Shown: positions 8,831 through 18,627 of the stretch, one piece after another | How the letters are laid out: every line of letters starts with the position of its first letter | How positions within the stretch are numbered: the stretch's first letter is position 1 | Program-made: the position numbers and the translations under genes | The notes under the pieces: generated by a model | The model's database searches: none | What the model was told of the DNA's origin: nothing | The model's input: the letters and a program-made list of their open reading frames with translations, nothing else | From: Candidatus Thorarchaeota archaeon | GTDB lineage: Archaea; Asgardarchaeota; Thorarchaeia; Thorarchaeales; Thorarchaeaceae | NCBI GenBank assembly: GCA_029855935.1 | Contig: JAGSHN010000031.1 | Span: forward strand, 1 to 64,000 | Direction: 5' to 3' | Length of the DNA stretch: 64,000 bases

Positions 8831-10228
8831 TCACCCCCATATCTGAGCAAGCGCGGCACCGACCGCCTCTTGCGCTGCTGCCACGACGACCCGCCTGTCC
8901 CTCGTATTCAGGTCGACATCAAGGGCCATGATCAGGACTCCGGAGGAGAGGTCCTCAGCAGGTATCCGCCCCTCGGCAATGCGACTGGCGACTGCTCGCG
9001 CCGCGCCCGACTGTACAGGACCATAGAAGAGTGATGCCTGCCTCAACGACGTTATCCTCCTTGTAGGGACCATGATACTCGATGGTCTGACGGGGAGGTT
9101 CGGCTCTAGAATGACTGTCAACGCCTCGTGGCCCACCTTTGCACGCGTGAGAAGTCGAACAAAGGCTCTTCCCAGTGGACTGGCCTTCTTGTTGAATGCA
9201 ACAGTGGCGGCGACCGTCCCGTTGGCGGCCCGACCCACTCGTGCCCCTTCAAGATAGTCCGGCCCGAGTCCAAACTCGGTGAAGACGGTGCTGATGTCGT
9301 GCTGCTGTACGGGCTCGTGCGAGAGCGACTCGATGAGGCCCAGCTTCTCGAGCTCCATTCGAATCTCATCCTTGACCTCGGGCGTCAGTGTGCCACCGGA
9401 GTCGAGAGGCATACGAGAACGACCGGCCTTGATACCCATCATCTTGAGGGCTGCCTTCACAGGCGGTGCGCCGCCATTGCGCGTTATGAGGCGAGCAAGC
9501 GTCTGGACAGAGTGCTGAAGATCCATCGCACCCTGAAAGTCGCCCTCCCGTACCTTCTTCATTATCTCAAGCCAGATGTGGGGAATGACGTTCCCTGACG
9601 CCAGAATGGCGGCCTGTGCTCCGGCAGCGATGGCAGATAGAAAACACTCGTCGTGACCAATGAGCACAGGCAGCTTGCCCCTCAGTTTCTGAATCAGCTC
9701 AAGAGTGGCAGGGATGTTACCGCTGCTGTCCTTTATGGCCACAATGTTGTCAATCTCAGCAAGGTCCTCAACCACGCCGGGCGGGATCGAGCCCAGAGTG
9801 CACTGGGGGATGTTGTAGAGGATTATCGGGATGTCACACTTGTGAGCAATCGTCGAATAGTACTCGTAGTATCCCTTCGCCGATGGCCGCAGATAGTACG
9901 GGGAGATGATCAGAGCGGCATCGCAACCAATGTCCTGAGCGAAGCGGGTGAGCTCAATGGTGGCCCCTGTGCTAGTCTGGCCTGTCCCTGCCACAACAGG
10001 GACGCGCCCGTCCGCAAACTCTACAGCAAGACGGAGTAGCTTCTTGCGCTCCTCAGTACGCATGTAGACGAACTCGCCAGTGGTGCCACCGGGGACTATT
10101 CCCGTCGCACCCTTGCCAATCACGTAATCTATCAACTGTCTCAGGCCGTCCTCCTGCAGATCGCCATCCTTGTTGAACGGCGTCACCAATGCAGGCATAA
10201 CACCCTCAGGAACAAATGGTTTGACCAT
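8831..10228 (-). CDS. DapA/DHDPS-family aldolase fused to a degenerate Fae-like domain
   Basis: GTTGE, YNIP, AIKDSSG. C-terminal GHEALTVILEPNLPVRPSSIMVP...FYGPVQSGAARAV resembles the Fae core. Confidence 0.8.
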   Translation of the reverse strand: MVKPFVPEGVMPALVTPFNKDGDLQEDGLRQLIDYVIGKGATGIVPGGTTGEFVYMRTEERKKLLRLAVEFADGRVPVVAGTGQTSTGATIELTRFAQDIGCDAALIISPYYLRPSAKGYYEYYSTIAHKCDIPIILYNIPQCTLGSIPPGVVEDLAEIDNIVAIKDSSGNIPATLELIQKLRGKLPVLIGHDECFLSAIAAGAQAAILASGNVIPHIWLEIMKKVREGDFQGAMDLQHSVQTLARLITRNGGAPPVKAALKMMGIKAGRSRMPLDSGGTLTPEVKDEIRMELEKLGLIESLSHEPVQQHDISTVFTEFGLGPDYLEGARVGRAANGTVAATVAFNKKASPLGRAFVRLLTRAKVGHEALTVILEPNLPVRPSSIMVPTRRITSLRQASLFYGPVQSGAARAVASRIAEGRIPAEDLSSGVLIMALDVDLNTRDRRVVVAAAQEAVGAALAQIWG

Positions 10229-10297
10229 CGGTAGTCCTCCACCTCAGGCCCGTGAGGCCGCACGGTATATAGGTTGTGGGTGGCAGTCTGTTGGAGT

Positions 10298-10621
10298 ATG
10301 AAGGACCATATAGTCGCGATGACAACCTGTCCGCCGCAGGATAGCGCGAGAATCGCGAACACGCTCGTTGAAGAGAGGCTCTGCGCCTGCGTGAACATCA
10401 TATCGGGGATCTCCAGCGTGTACCGCTGGAGGGGCGAGGTCACGACTGACGAGGAGACTCTTCTCGTCATCAAGACACGAAGTGAACTCCTGGACGTCCT
10501 CAAGAAGAGGTTGAGCGAGATTCACCCATATGAGGTTCCAGAGCTGATCGCAGTCGACGTAGTCGCAGGCCTCGCCGGCTACCTTGGCTGGATTGACGAC
10601 TGCGTGGCCCGAGAAGAATGA
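10298..10621 (+). CDS. cutA: Divalent-cation tolerance protein CutA
   Basis: LVEERLCACVN, SVYRWRG, HPYEVPE. Confidence 0.92.
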   Translation: MKDHIVAMTTCPPQDSARIANTLVEERLCACVNIISGISSVYRWRGEVTTDEETLLVIKTRSELLDVLKKRLSEIHPYEVPELIAVDVVAGLAGYLGWIDDCVAREE

Positions 10622-10630
10622 GTATATCGC

Positions 10631-13084
10631 CTAGGCCAGACCCGCTCCTCTCGCGGCATAGTGGAGCGACTCGTTGAAGAACTTCCCAATCAGGGATGCG
10701 ATTCTCGGCCCCACAATGTTGTTGATCTCGCCGGGAAGAAGCTGACGAACATTCGTCTTTGAGGTGAGTCGACCCTGTCGTTTCAGAGCAGAGATCTCGC
10801 GCTGCACCATCGAACGTGCCTTGTCCCACGAGAGAGGCTCCGCTGTGGCGCCTATGAGCCCGGTCTTGATGTCGGTTATCGCCCGCATGACGAACACGGA
10901 CAGATTGTCAAAGTCGTCAGCCTGAGCCATCGAGACTCTGCCGTGGTCGGGACAGACGCCATCCTCTGGCGTTGCACCGCACTCCTTGCACACAGGCCGT
11001 CCGCGATTCGACTGGATGTAGTAGGCGAGGAGATTACGGCATTTCATATCGTCATTCGGACCCCACTCGAGGCCCTTTGTACCGACCCGACCTATGACCC
11101 TGAAGACCGTGTGTGCCTTCGTGTAGATGAAGTTCAGGACGTCGAGCTGCTTCCTCCGCTTGCGAATCATCTCCTGTTCGCGCGCCTTGGCCTCAATGGC
11201 CATCTCCTCCCTCTTGAGCCTCTTGTGACGCTCTCTGATGAGGAACCTGTGCATCACGTCATACGCAATCGCATAGTTGTCAAAGTCGAGCTCAGAGAGG
11301 TTTAGTGGAGCCTCAACTATACCCTCAAAGACCGGACTTGGTGTTGACTCGAGCTCATCCCGCGCTGCAGTGAAGCTCTTGTTTGAGAGTCGAGCGTGGA
11401 GCCACGCGCACACTGTCTGTGCATCCATCTCTGGATACACGCACTTCATCTCGTAGATGCGCTCGGACAGAAGGTCAATCAGGATCTCCTCGCGAAGGTA
11501 CTGGAGGTCCATCTCTGTCTCCTCGTAGATGCTCTTTAGCACGGCACGGATGCGCAGCATGTCCTGCTTGTTTCGGATGTAGGTCTCTACAACACGAGCA
11601 ACACTGGTCATCAGGGATGTCATCAGATGCCATACCATGTCCAGCCTCAGCGAGCGTATGGCCTCCGACTGAATGCGTTTCGCGGCCATCTCCGCCGATG
11701 AGGCTGCGGTCACGCCCTTCAGCGCTCCACTCTGGACCTGTTCACGGAGGTCGAGTAGCCTCGCGAGTTCGTCAGGGGAGGGTAGACGCACTTTCTTTCG
11801 CAGTTCGTCATAGACTTGCCGTTCGATGCCAATCAGTGAGGACGGATCGCGTGTGAACAATGTGATGTCAATCTTCTCTAGCTCCGAGGCGCGGAGACCG
11901 CGGGCACGCAGCATACCCTTGACCGGCCCGTTCAGTGCCTTCTCAATCTTCTCCACAGTACGGAGGGACCGCTCAATCTGCTCGACCTCATCAGCTGACA
12001 TCTCTGATGTCTCTGTGGCCTCGTCGGCCGCAGGCGTCTCGACGGCCTCCGAGAGGGCGTCAGTAATGGTCTCCGGGTCACGCAGATGCTTCGTTGCAAG
12101 AACCGATCGCACCTCATCCTCGGGTACGCCTATCAGCTCACTGATGACTTCAAAGAGGAGGGACGAGTTCTGCTGGAGGGTCGGGGCAAAGGTGTCGATC
12201 ACGCGTGCCTCAAGCTCTCTTTCAAGCTCATCGAAGGTCAGTGGCGTGTCGATGTTCTGATCAATTGAGTCGAGGAAGGCCAGGCGAAGCTGACATGCTA
12301 GGCGGAGTGCCTCAGGACTGCAGCCGCCACGTCGGACTCTCTTCCAGACCGCAGAGACAATCTCCTGAATCACTTGGTCGCTCAGGTCTGACCTTCGAAG
12401 AGGTTTCTCAAGGTACCTGAGCTGTCCCAGTAGTCGTACTATCCCGCGCTTCAGCACCGTTATCTCCACAGCCTCAGTTTCGTGCTCACGCAGCAGCTCG
12501 TCACGGAGCGTGAGGGCACTCTCCTTGAGACCCGATGCCTTGACATACAGGTCTCTGCGGTCCTCATCGCCCCACCCAGTGATCTCATTGACCAAGTCCA
12601 CCGACGCGTTGGGCGAATAGTCGTCCGGTATCTTGTCCAAGAGGTCGCAGACCATCTTCAGGAGCTCTGCAGGCGCCTCCTCATCGTCCAACTTGTCTGC
12701 GAGGTCATCACAGATCTCAAGGAAGAACTCGTTGACGAGCCGCATCACATCGGCATCCTCTCTGAAGGAGTTGCCCAGGAGCTGGCGTATCTCAAGCTCA
12801 AGCTGGCGTCGCTCTTCTCGCTCAATGGCTGAGAGGTCCTCGGATGAGACTGAGGAGTCCTCGTGTGAGAAGAGACGCAGACCTTGGTAGTTATAGATGT
12901 AGAATCCTGCGAAGAAGGAGAGAAGATCTTCAAGGGGCCGTCTGTCGCCCGCTATAGAGGCGAGTATCTGGCGGTCGCGGGTACTCCGCATGTGCGTCAC
13001 TAGGGCCTCACGCAGCAGAATCTCCTTTCCAGCCTCCTTCATCTGATGGGTCTTCAACAACCACGAACTAGACACGATTCTCAC
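10631..13084 (-). CDS. Large helical hypothetical protein with C-terminal CxxC..C..H zinc-binding motif
   Basis: 817-aa ORF with coiled-coil segments and CKECG...CPDH; overlaps the upstream gene by 4 bp. Confidence 0.75.
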   Translation of the reverse strand: MRIVSSSWLLKTHQMKEAGKEILLREALVTHMRSTRDRQILASIAGDRRPLEDLLSFFAGFYIYNYQGLRLFSHEDSSVSSEDLSAIEREERRQLELEIRQLLGNSFREDADVMRLVNEFFLEICDDLADKLDDEEAPAELLKMVCDLLDKIPDDYSPNASVDLVNEITGWGDEDRRDLYVKASGLKESALTLRDELLREHETEAVEITVLKRGIVRLLGQLRYLEKPLRRSDLSDQVIQEIVSAVWKRVRRGGCSPEALRLACQLRLAFLDSIDQNIDTPLTFDELERELEARVIDTFAPTLQQNSSLLFEVISELIGVPEDEVRSVLATKHLRDPETITDALSEAVETPAADEATETSEMSADEVEQIERSLRTVEKIEKALNGPVKGMLRARGLRASELEKIDITLFTRDPSSLIGIERQVYDELRKKVRLPSPDELARLLDLREQVQSGALKGVTAASSAEMAAKRIQSEAIRSLRLDMVWHLMTSLMTSVARVVETYIRNKQDMLRIRAVLKSIYEETEMDLQYLREEILIDLLSERIYEMKCVYPEMDAQTVCAWLHARLSNKSFTAARDELESTPSPVFEGIVEAPLNLSELDFDNYAIAYDVMHRFLIRERHKRLKREEMAIEAKAREQEMIRKRRKQLDVLNFIYTKAHTVFRVIGRVGTKGLEWGPNDDMKCRNLLAYYIQSNRGRPVCKECGATPEDGVCPDHGRVSMAQADDFDNLSVFVMRAITDIKTGLIGATAEPLSWDKARSMVQREISALKRQGRLTSKTNVRQLLPGEINNIVGPRIASLIGKFFNESLHYAARGAGLA

Positions 13085-15681
13085 CCCACGACAGTCTGAC
13101 CGATGGTCACCACGAGTTCTCCCTTCTCAGGGTGATGTTCAAACGTCACAAGATGTATTCTCGAGCGCTCACCAGTGTCCCGCAGAAAGGCCCTAGTCGT
13201 GAGTGGGAACAGACGTCCCAGAGACCGAATCGTGTAGTCCAGCAGATACTCATAGAACTGCTCTCCAAGCGATACTGATGTCTGATCCGCCATACTGGCC
13301 GCGTCCTGTGCCATTCTTCTCAGCCGCTCGGCGAAGACCTCCTCCATAGACTCCTGCTTTCTGTCCATCTCCGTAATGTGCTCTGTCAGGAGATCCCGAA
13401 GCTCCGTGTAGTTCTGTAGCTCCTCTGACGGCTGGGGCTTTGGCGGCAGAGGCTTCGGTGTTCCAGGCGGGTACTCAGCCTCTATCCGCGCAAGACGGCT
13501 CTGTAGGGGCTCTGGAGGCTGAGGTCGGGGCAACGAGTCGGTCGGCTGGCCGGTCGCGTGGAGTCTCCTTAGCTCAGCCTCATACTGCTCAACTTGAGCC
13601 TTGTATGCTGCCATCTCGCGGTCGTAGGCCTGACGAGCAAGGTCGGAGAGTTCCTGCCGCTTCTCATTCCGTTCGATGATTGGTGCATTCTCGGCCTCTA
13701 TCCGGGCACACTCCTCCTCCCACGCACGAACCTGGTCATCGTACTCGCGCTGTCGTGACTCGGCCTCAAACGACACACGCACTACAATGGATGCGGCGCG
13801 TCCCACCGTCCCGGCGCGTTCGTGGACGACATTCTGAAAGACGAGCAGCCTCTGGGAGAGAGGCATCGGGTCATCGATGTTCGCCTCAAAGAGCCGAATC
13901 CACCTCCGGGCCTCCTCACGCCATTCATCAGGTTTGTCGGGGATGCTGTCCACCCTCGCGTAGAGTTCGCCAACAAGGTCCTTGCCCTCTCGAACAAGGT
14001 CTATCACCTCTGACACGAACGGGCGGGAGAGCAGTGTCTGGGCTATATCAGGGACGATCTCGTTCACTAGGGTGGAGAGCGAGTCGAGCATACTGGTGAG
14101 TACCTGACCCCGCTCATTCAGGGAGCCACCCTCGCCATATCTCGACTCAATCTCTGTACGCGCAATCTCAGCCACATCGTCGAACTCGATGAGATCCCAC
14201 ATGTCAATCCTGCCAAAGACCTCAATCATCTCGTCGGCAATGAGGGAGATCAGCTCTTCGAAGGACTGTTGTGCAGCACCTTCGAAGGCCTTCCTATCAA
14301 AGACTGCATTGAGCTGTGCATACAGCTCCGAGTAGAACTTCTCGAACAGGAGCTTGGTGATGGCATCTGTATCGGGGCCGACCATCTGGTCCCGGAACTC
14401 GTGGAGTGCCGCAACAAACGCTTCGCGTGCTGCAGATACGAGGGTGTACTGGCGCAGCTGGTCTGCAAAGTAGGACGCAACTCTCTCGCAGTAGAGGAGG
14501 AAGTGAGCGACACGGCTCCTCATCTGCCAAGCGCGGAACTCAAGCCCGCGGGGAAATCCTCGCGAGACTGACTTGAAGAGGTCTTCCACAAGAGCCTGAG
14601 CAAACTTCAGCTCGATGTCCCGGAGCCCCGCTTGTGAGAGAGCCTCCAACAATGCCCTCTTGTGACCCTCCATATCTGACACAAGGCCGGACCTCACGTG
14701 AGCGTCAGCCACCAGCCGGAGTGCCCCGATCACCCGCTTCATCATATCTGCAAATTCAGACGTCTTGGCCCTCAGCTCATTCACCTTGGATGCCACCAAC
14801 CGGTCGGTACCAAGGTAGTCCGTGAGATATGCAATGGCAGTGCGGACAATCTCGGTTTCCTCAATCGAGTACGCATACTGGTTCAGCTCGCCGAGCAGAG
14901 CACGGCCCAGTTCGGGAAGCTCCTCTGTGAGAGTCCGGAGTCCCGCAGGTGTGAGGACACGATGTTTGAACTGGTCAATGAGGCGGTCTTCTGGCGCATC
15001 GGGAGAGAGGAACTCAAGTTCCTTGCGCCGGATGACCTTTACACCAGGAGGGAGGGTCGTGAAGTCGTCACAATACTCAAGGACCACCTTGACCTCTGGA
15101 TCTGTCTGCTCAGGACGTATCTGAAGCGAGTCCCACGTTCTCTGAAAGCGTCGATCAAGGAGGTCAACGAACAGCACCTTGTTCAGTCGGTCACTGAATC
15201 TACGCAGAACATCGAGCCCCTGTGTTTCATAGTCAAGACGGTTGGCCTCGACAGCTGCCTCGATATCGCCCATCTTCTTTGTGAGCCGCTCGATATACTC
15301 GTCCATCTTGAAGGGATCGATTATCCCCCGCTCCCAGCCCAGAATGCAGGCGTGGGAGGCAAGGCCATAGGTGAGTCCCCCTCCGGCCACGAGTAGCTGT
15401 TCCGGCACCATCTCTAGGCGTGCGGAGTGCTCAAGGTCCCACTCAACAGAGAGAAGTTCAAGGTCTTCGGCATCGTACAGTGAGTCGCGTACCGAGAAGA
15501 TCAGTGGCCCCACTCCCATAGCCACCGCGTCAGCATTCTGCTCCATCATGCTGCCCGAGCCGACGGCGCTCCCCAGCGGATGACCTCGTCTTGTTGTGAG
15601 ACCGAGCACGGAGACCGAGGCCATCCTTATCGCCTCGATGGTACTGGGCGTGAGAGGTTGTGCTTTCCTAGACGCGCTCAT
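13081..15681 (-). CDS. Large helical/coiled-coil hypothetical protein with Pro-rich segment
   Basis: ~866-aa ORF; PRPQPPEP and PPGTPKPLPPKPQP tracts inside a coiled coil. Confidence 0.75.
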   Translation of the reverse strand: MSASRKAQPLTPSTIEAIRMASVSVLGLTTRRGHPLGSAVGSGSMMEQNADAVAMGVGPLIFSVRDSLYDAEDLELLSVEWDLEHSARLEMVPEQLLVAGGGLTYGLASHACILGWERGIIDPFKMDEYIERLTKKMGDIEAAVEANRLDYETQGLDVLRRFSDRLNKVLFVDLLDRRFQRTWDSLQIRPEQTDPEVKVVLEYCDDFTTLPPGVKVIRRKELEFLSPDAPEDRLIDQFKHRVLTPAGLRTLTEELPELGRALLGELNQYAYSIEETEIVRTAIAYLTDYLGTDRLVASKVNELRAKTSEFADMMKRVIGALRLVADAHVRSGLVSDMEGHKRALLEALSQAGLRDIELKFAQALVEDLFKSVSRGFPRGLEFRAWQMRSRVAHFLLYCERVASYFADQLRQYTLVSAAREAFVAALHEFRDQMVGPDTDAITKLLFEKFYSELYAQLNAVFDRKAFEGAAQQSFEELISLIADEMIEVFGRIDMWDLIEFDDVAEIARTEIESRYGEGGSLNERGQVLTSMLDSLSTLVNEIVPDIAQTLLSRPFVSEVIDLVREGKDLVGELYARVDSIPDKPDEWREEARRWIRLFEANIDDPMPLSQRLLVFQNVVHERAGTVGRAASIVVRVSFEAESRQREYDDQVRAWEEECARIEAENAPIIERNEKRQELSDLARQAYDREMAAYKAQVEQYEAELRRLHATGQPTDSLPRPQPPEPLQSRLARIEAEYPPGTPKPLPPKPQPSEELQNYTELRDLLTEHITEMDRKQESMEEVFAERLRRMAQDAASMADQTSVSLGEQFYEYLLDYTIRSLGRLFPLTTRAFLRDTGERSRIHLVTFEHHPEKGELVVTIGQTVVG

Positions 15682-15815
15682 ATGATGTCCTTCCTGCACT
15701 CAAGACAGCCCGGAGAACGGTGAGATCCGAGACCGTAGTAGTGCTCGTTGTTCACTACTCGATGACTGAACATTCTCTTGAATGTTGCTGGTTCCACCTG
15801 GGTTGCAACCCCGAC

Positions 15816-16760
15816 TCACACCGGAGACCAGACACCGTTGTCCTCCCTAGCCTGCCCCGCCTGTTCAAGGGAGTGCAGTGTGACCCTCACTGTGGTGGGG
15901 AGCAAGAACGGATTTCCCGTTGGGACGGACACGTTGCCCGCGTGGGTCAAGTCAAAACAGATCTGCTCTATGTCGGCGCTGCCTCGAGATGACACAATCC
16001 TGAGGACCGCCTGTTGAAACTCCCGTATCCCATCCGCGGCCCCAGACAACTGAGCGTGCACCTCTCTGTGTACATAAGGGACATCGTGGGCAGGGAGTAG
16101 GTAGTCAATCTCAAGCTCCGCGAGAGCGTCAAGAGCCTCAAGTCGAGCACCGAGGTCTCCACTAAGGTCGACATAAAACCGACGGGGATCTGAGGGATAC
16201 TGTCCCACTTCGTCACCAGAGAACAGGATGCGATCCCGCGGCATATAGAACACACAGTGACCAGCCGAGTGACCACGAGTATTTATCACTACAATCTCAT
16301 CATCACCGATATGGAGTCTCTCGCCGTGTTGGAGAACGCGTTCTGGAGCGATTCCCGGATAGTTGACCCTCATCGGGCTACGGTCAAAGGCCATTGTGAG
16401 GCGTCCAGTGGGAGGAAGTAGCAGCCGCTCCTTCAGAAAGAGAGACGGTCTCTTGAGAATGGAGGCGTCGGCCTCGCCTATGAGGACTGGTGCGTGAGTA
16501 GAGCGATGCAGACGCTTGGCACCTCCGACGTGATCGGGATGGCAATGCGTACAGAGAATGGCAGCCACGTCACGACGAGGATTGAGACCAAACGACTCGA
16601 GAGCATCAAGTGTCTTCTTCCCAGGATGCCCCGCAGTCCCAGGGTCGACAACAATGGCCTCGCCCGCGCGGATAATGACGTAGCTACTGATGTAGCCGAA
16701 TCCCTCCACATATTTTCCCTGAATCAGGTGAACACCCGGTGCTACCTCAGTGAACGACAT
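15816..16760 (-). CDS. MBL-fold metallo-hydrolase with C-terminal winged helix
   Basis: THCHPDHVGG, GHSAGH, FSGD and PAHD motifs. Confidence 0.88.
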   Translation of the reverse strand: MSFTEVAPGVHLIQGKYVEGFGYISSYVIIRAGEAIVVDPGTAGHPGKKTLDALESFGLNPRRDVAAILCTHCHPDHVGGAKRLHRSTHAPVLIGEADASILKRPSLFLKERLLLPPTGRLTMAFDRSPMRVNYPGIAPERVLQHGERLHIGDDEIVVINTRGHSAGHCVFYMPRDRILFSGDEVGQYPSDPRRFYVDLSGDLGARLEALDALAELEIDYLLPAHDVPYVHREVHAQLSGAADGIREFQQAVLRIVSSRGSADIEQICFDLTHAGNVSVPTGNPFLLPTTVRVTLHSLEQAGQAREDNGVWSPV

Positions 16761-16842
16761 GACCAGCGCACGACAGAGTATCGTGCTTAAGTCAGTATCG
16801 TCTTCGAGAGGCTTAAAGAGCATATGTGCGCCAGTGTTGTTG

Positions 16843-17907
16843 ATGACGCCTGAAGAGATGGAGCAGCTGATCAGAGAGACCCGTGACCAGCTGGGTTTCA
16901 CAAGAGGTGTGCCGCCAGAGGTTGAAGAGGTCGATCGGCTCGACAATGGTACCCTTCTGGTGGTGACTGCCGATAGGGCTGAGAAGAGCGTCTGCCTGGG
17001 ACCCGGGGGCCGAATCGTCGCCAAGATCTCGAAGCGGCTGGGTCAGCCTGTGACCATCGTGGCGCGTGAGGAGCTTCTCGCACGACGGCAGAGGCTGAGG
17101 ACCACCGCCCAGCGCATCAACGAACTCGCGGGGGTGGTGACACCGCCACAACAGGACTTTCTCGGAACTCTACGTCAGCTCATTCAGCGAGAGATGATTG
17201 ATGCGCTCGATACGATTCGTGAGGGGCTCGCGCCATCAAGACACGTAAAAGTCACTCTCGCCTTCTCTGGTGGGACCGACAGCTGCGCGGCAGCAATACT
17301 CCTGTCACGTGCAGAAATACGGCCCACGCTCGCCACAGTGGACCTCGGTAGAGACTTTCTCAGCGAGCACGATATGAGGGCCATCAGGGAGATTGCAGAT
17401 CAACTCGACCTGCCACATGAGGTAGTCCCAGGTGGAGAGATGCACGCGGAGGTGGCACGAAGAGCGATTGAGGAGGCCGTACATCCGTGCGGTAAGTGTC
17501 ACGCCCTGATGTATGACCTGCTCATCGAGCACGCACGGGAGCAACGAGGACACGTCCTTGTCACAGGAGAGCTGCTTCCCACGGGTCGGCAGTCTATAGT
17601 TTCACTGGGCAGAATACTGATGGTGCATCTGCCAGCCGCCCTCGCAATGACAAAGTACAGAGACACCCTACTCTGTAGGGAGGCAGAGGTCAGCCCGCTG
17701 TCAGGCGGGTGTAGACTGATCAGACGCGCCCTCGGTGCCGAATGGCGAATCACTGGTCCGGCAGTGTTCCGTGTCCTAAGGGAGCTGGAGGCCGGAGTGT
17801 TGACGACTGGTGAGGCATTAGATCAGGTCAAGTCTCTCTTCAAGGTCGCGATGCGCAACAACAGTAGCGGCACTGGCAGCACCATCACAGAGGAGGAGGA
17901 CGGGTGA
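16843..17907 (+). CDS. PP-loop ATPase with N-terminal KH-like domain (COG1365-like)
   Basis: DRAEKSVCLGPGG, AFSGGTDS, HPCGKCH. Confidence 0.8.
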   Translation: MTPEEMEQLIRETRDQLGFTRGVPPEVEEVDRLDNGTLLVVTADRAEKSVCLGPGGRIVAKISKRLGQPVTIVAREELLARRQRLRTTAQRINELAGVVTPPQQDFLGTLRQLIQREMIDALDTIREGLAPSRHVKVTLAFSGGTDSCAAAILLSRAEIRPTLATVDLGRDFLSEHDMRAIREIADQLDLPHEVVPGGEMHAEVARRAIEEAVHPCGKCHALMYDLLIEHAREQRGHVLVTGELLPTGRQSIVSLGRILMVHLPAALAMTKYRDTLLCREAEVSPLSGGCRLIRRALGAEWRITGPAVFRVLRELEAGVLTTGEALDQVKSLFKVAMRNNSSGTGSTITEEEDG

Positions 17908-18353
17908 GAGGGGTCTATGCCCTTGTTGTGAAGGTCCCACGCCGCATCAAGATGACGGTAGGTGCTCTGGGCACACTCTCCTTCGAGAGAGGAGAATGGG
18001 TCTACGTGGGCTCTGCGATGGGCAGCGGTTCGACAACCATAGAGAGGAGACTGGAGAGACACTTCCGCGCCGAGAAGAAACTCCACTGGCACATCGACTA
18101 TCTGCTGAGGAGCGGTGCAGAGGCCACCTCTGCCGTGTTCGCCGAATCGGACACTCCAATGGAATGCAGTCTTGCACAAGCCCTGAGGCGAGATGGGAGA
18201 TTCCAACAGGGGCCAACAGGATTCGGTGCCTCAGACTGCAGGATGCACTGCAAGACGCACATATTCAGGTATGAGGGGACGGACTCCTCGCACCCGGCCA
18301 TTCAGGAGGTGTTCAGAGGCCTTGGCCTCAGACCTATCGTGATGGAACGGTAG
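17904..18353 (+). CDS. GIY-YIG (DUF123/Uri) family nuclease
   Basis: GVY...YVGSAMG...RLERH...HWHIDYLL...GFGASDC. Confidence 0.88.
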   Translation: MRGVYALVVKVPRRIKMTVGALGTLSFERGEWVYVGSAMGSGSTTIERRLERHFRAEKKLHWHIDYLLRSGAEATSAVFAESDTPMECSLAQALRRDGRFQQGPTGFGASDCRMHCKTHIFRYEGTDSSHPAIQEVFRGLGLRPIVMER

Positions 18354-18371
18354 GGAGCCAGTGAGGGGAAC

Positions 18372-18590
18372 TCATCTCGCGACCGTCGGAATGCTGACAT
18401 AGAGGATGTCCTCGTAGCCAAGAATCCCAATCCCGGCCTCATTCCGAAGTTTCACGTGGTCTTGGCTGACCTCGTATACCCGCACATTCGGTATCTTGGC
18501 AAGAGTGTCCCGCTGCATGTATCGCAGATAGATCGTGAAGACCTGATCAGAGGACTTCAGCTCCTGAAAAACCTGAACCCAGTCGGTCAT
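18372..18590 (-). CDS. Small hypothetical protein
   Basis: Compact ORF downstream of the AOR gene with GGAGG upstream. Confidence 0.6.
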   Translation of the reverse strand: MTDWVQVFQELKSSDQVFTIYLRYMQRDTLAKIPNVRVYEVSQDHVKLRNEAGIGILGYEDILYVSIPTVAR

Positions 18591-18627
18591 CGTCTTTCCT
18601 CCTGTCTACTCCCGTACATCTCCACAT

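Noticed and set aside
17904-18353. GIY-YIG protein as a homing endonuclease or mobile intron
   Set aside because: Matches the standalone DUF123 type, is operonic with a host gene, and interrupts nothing.
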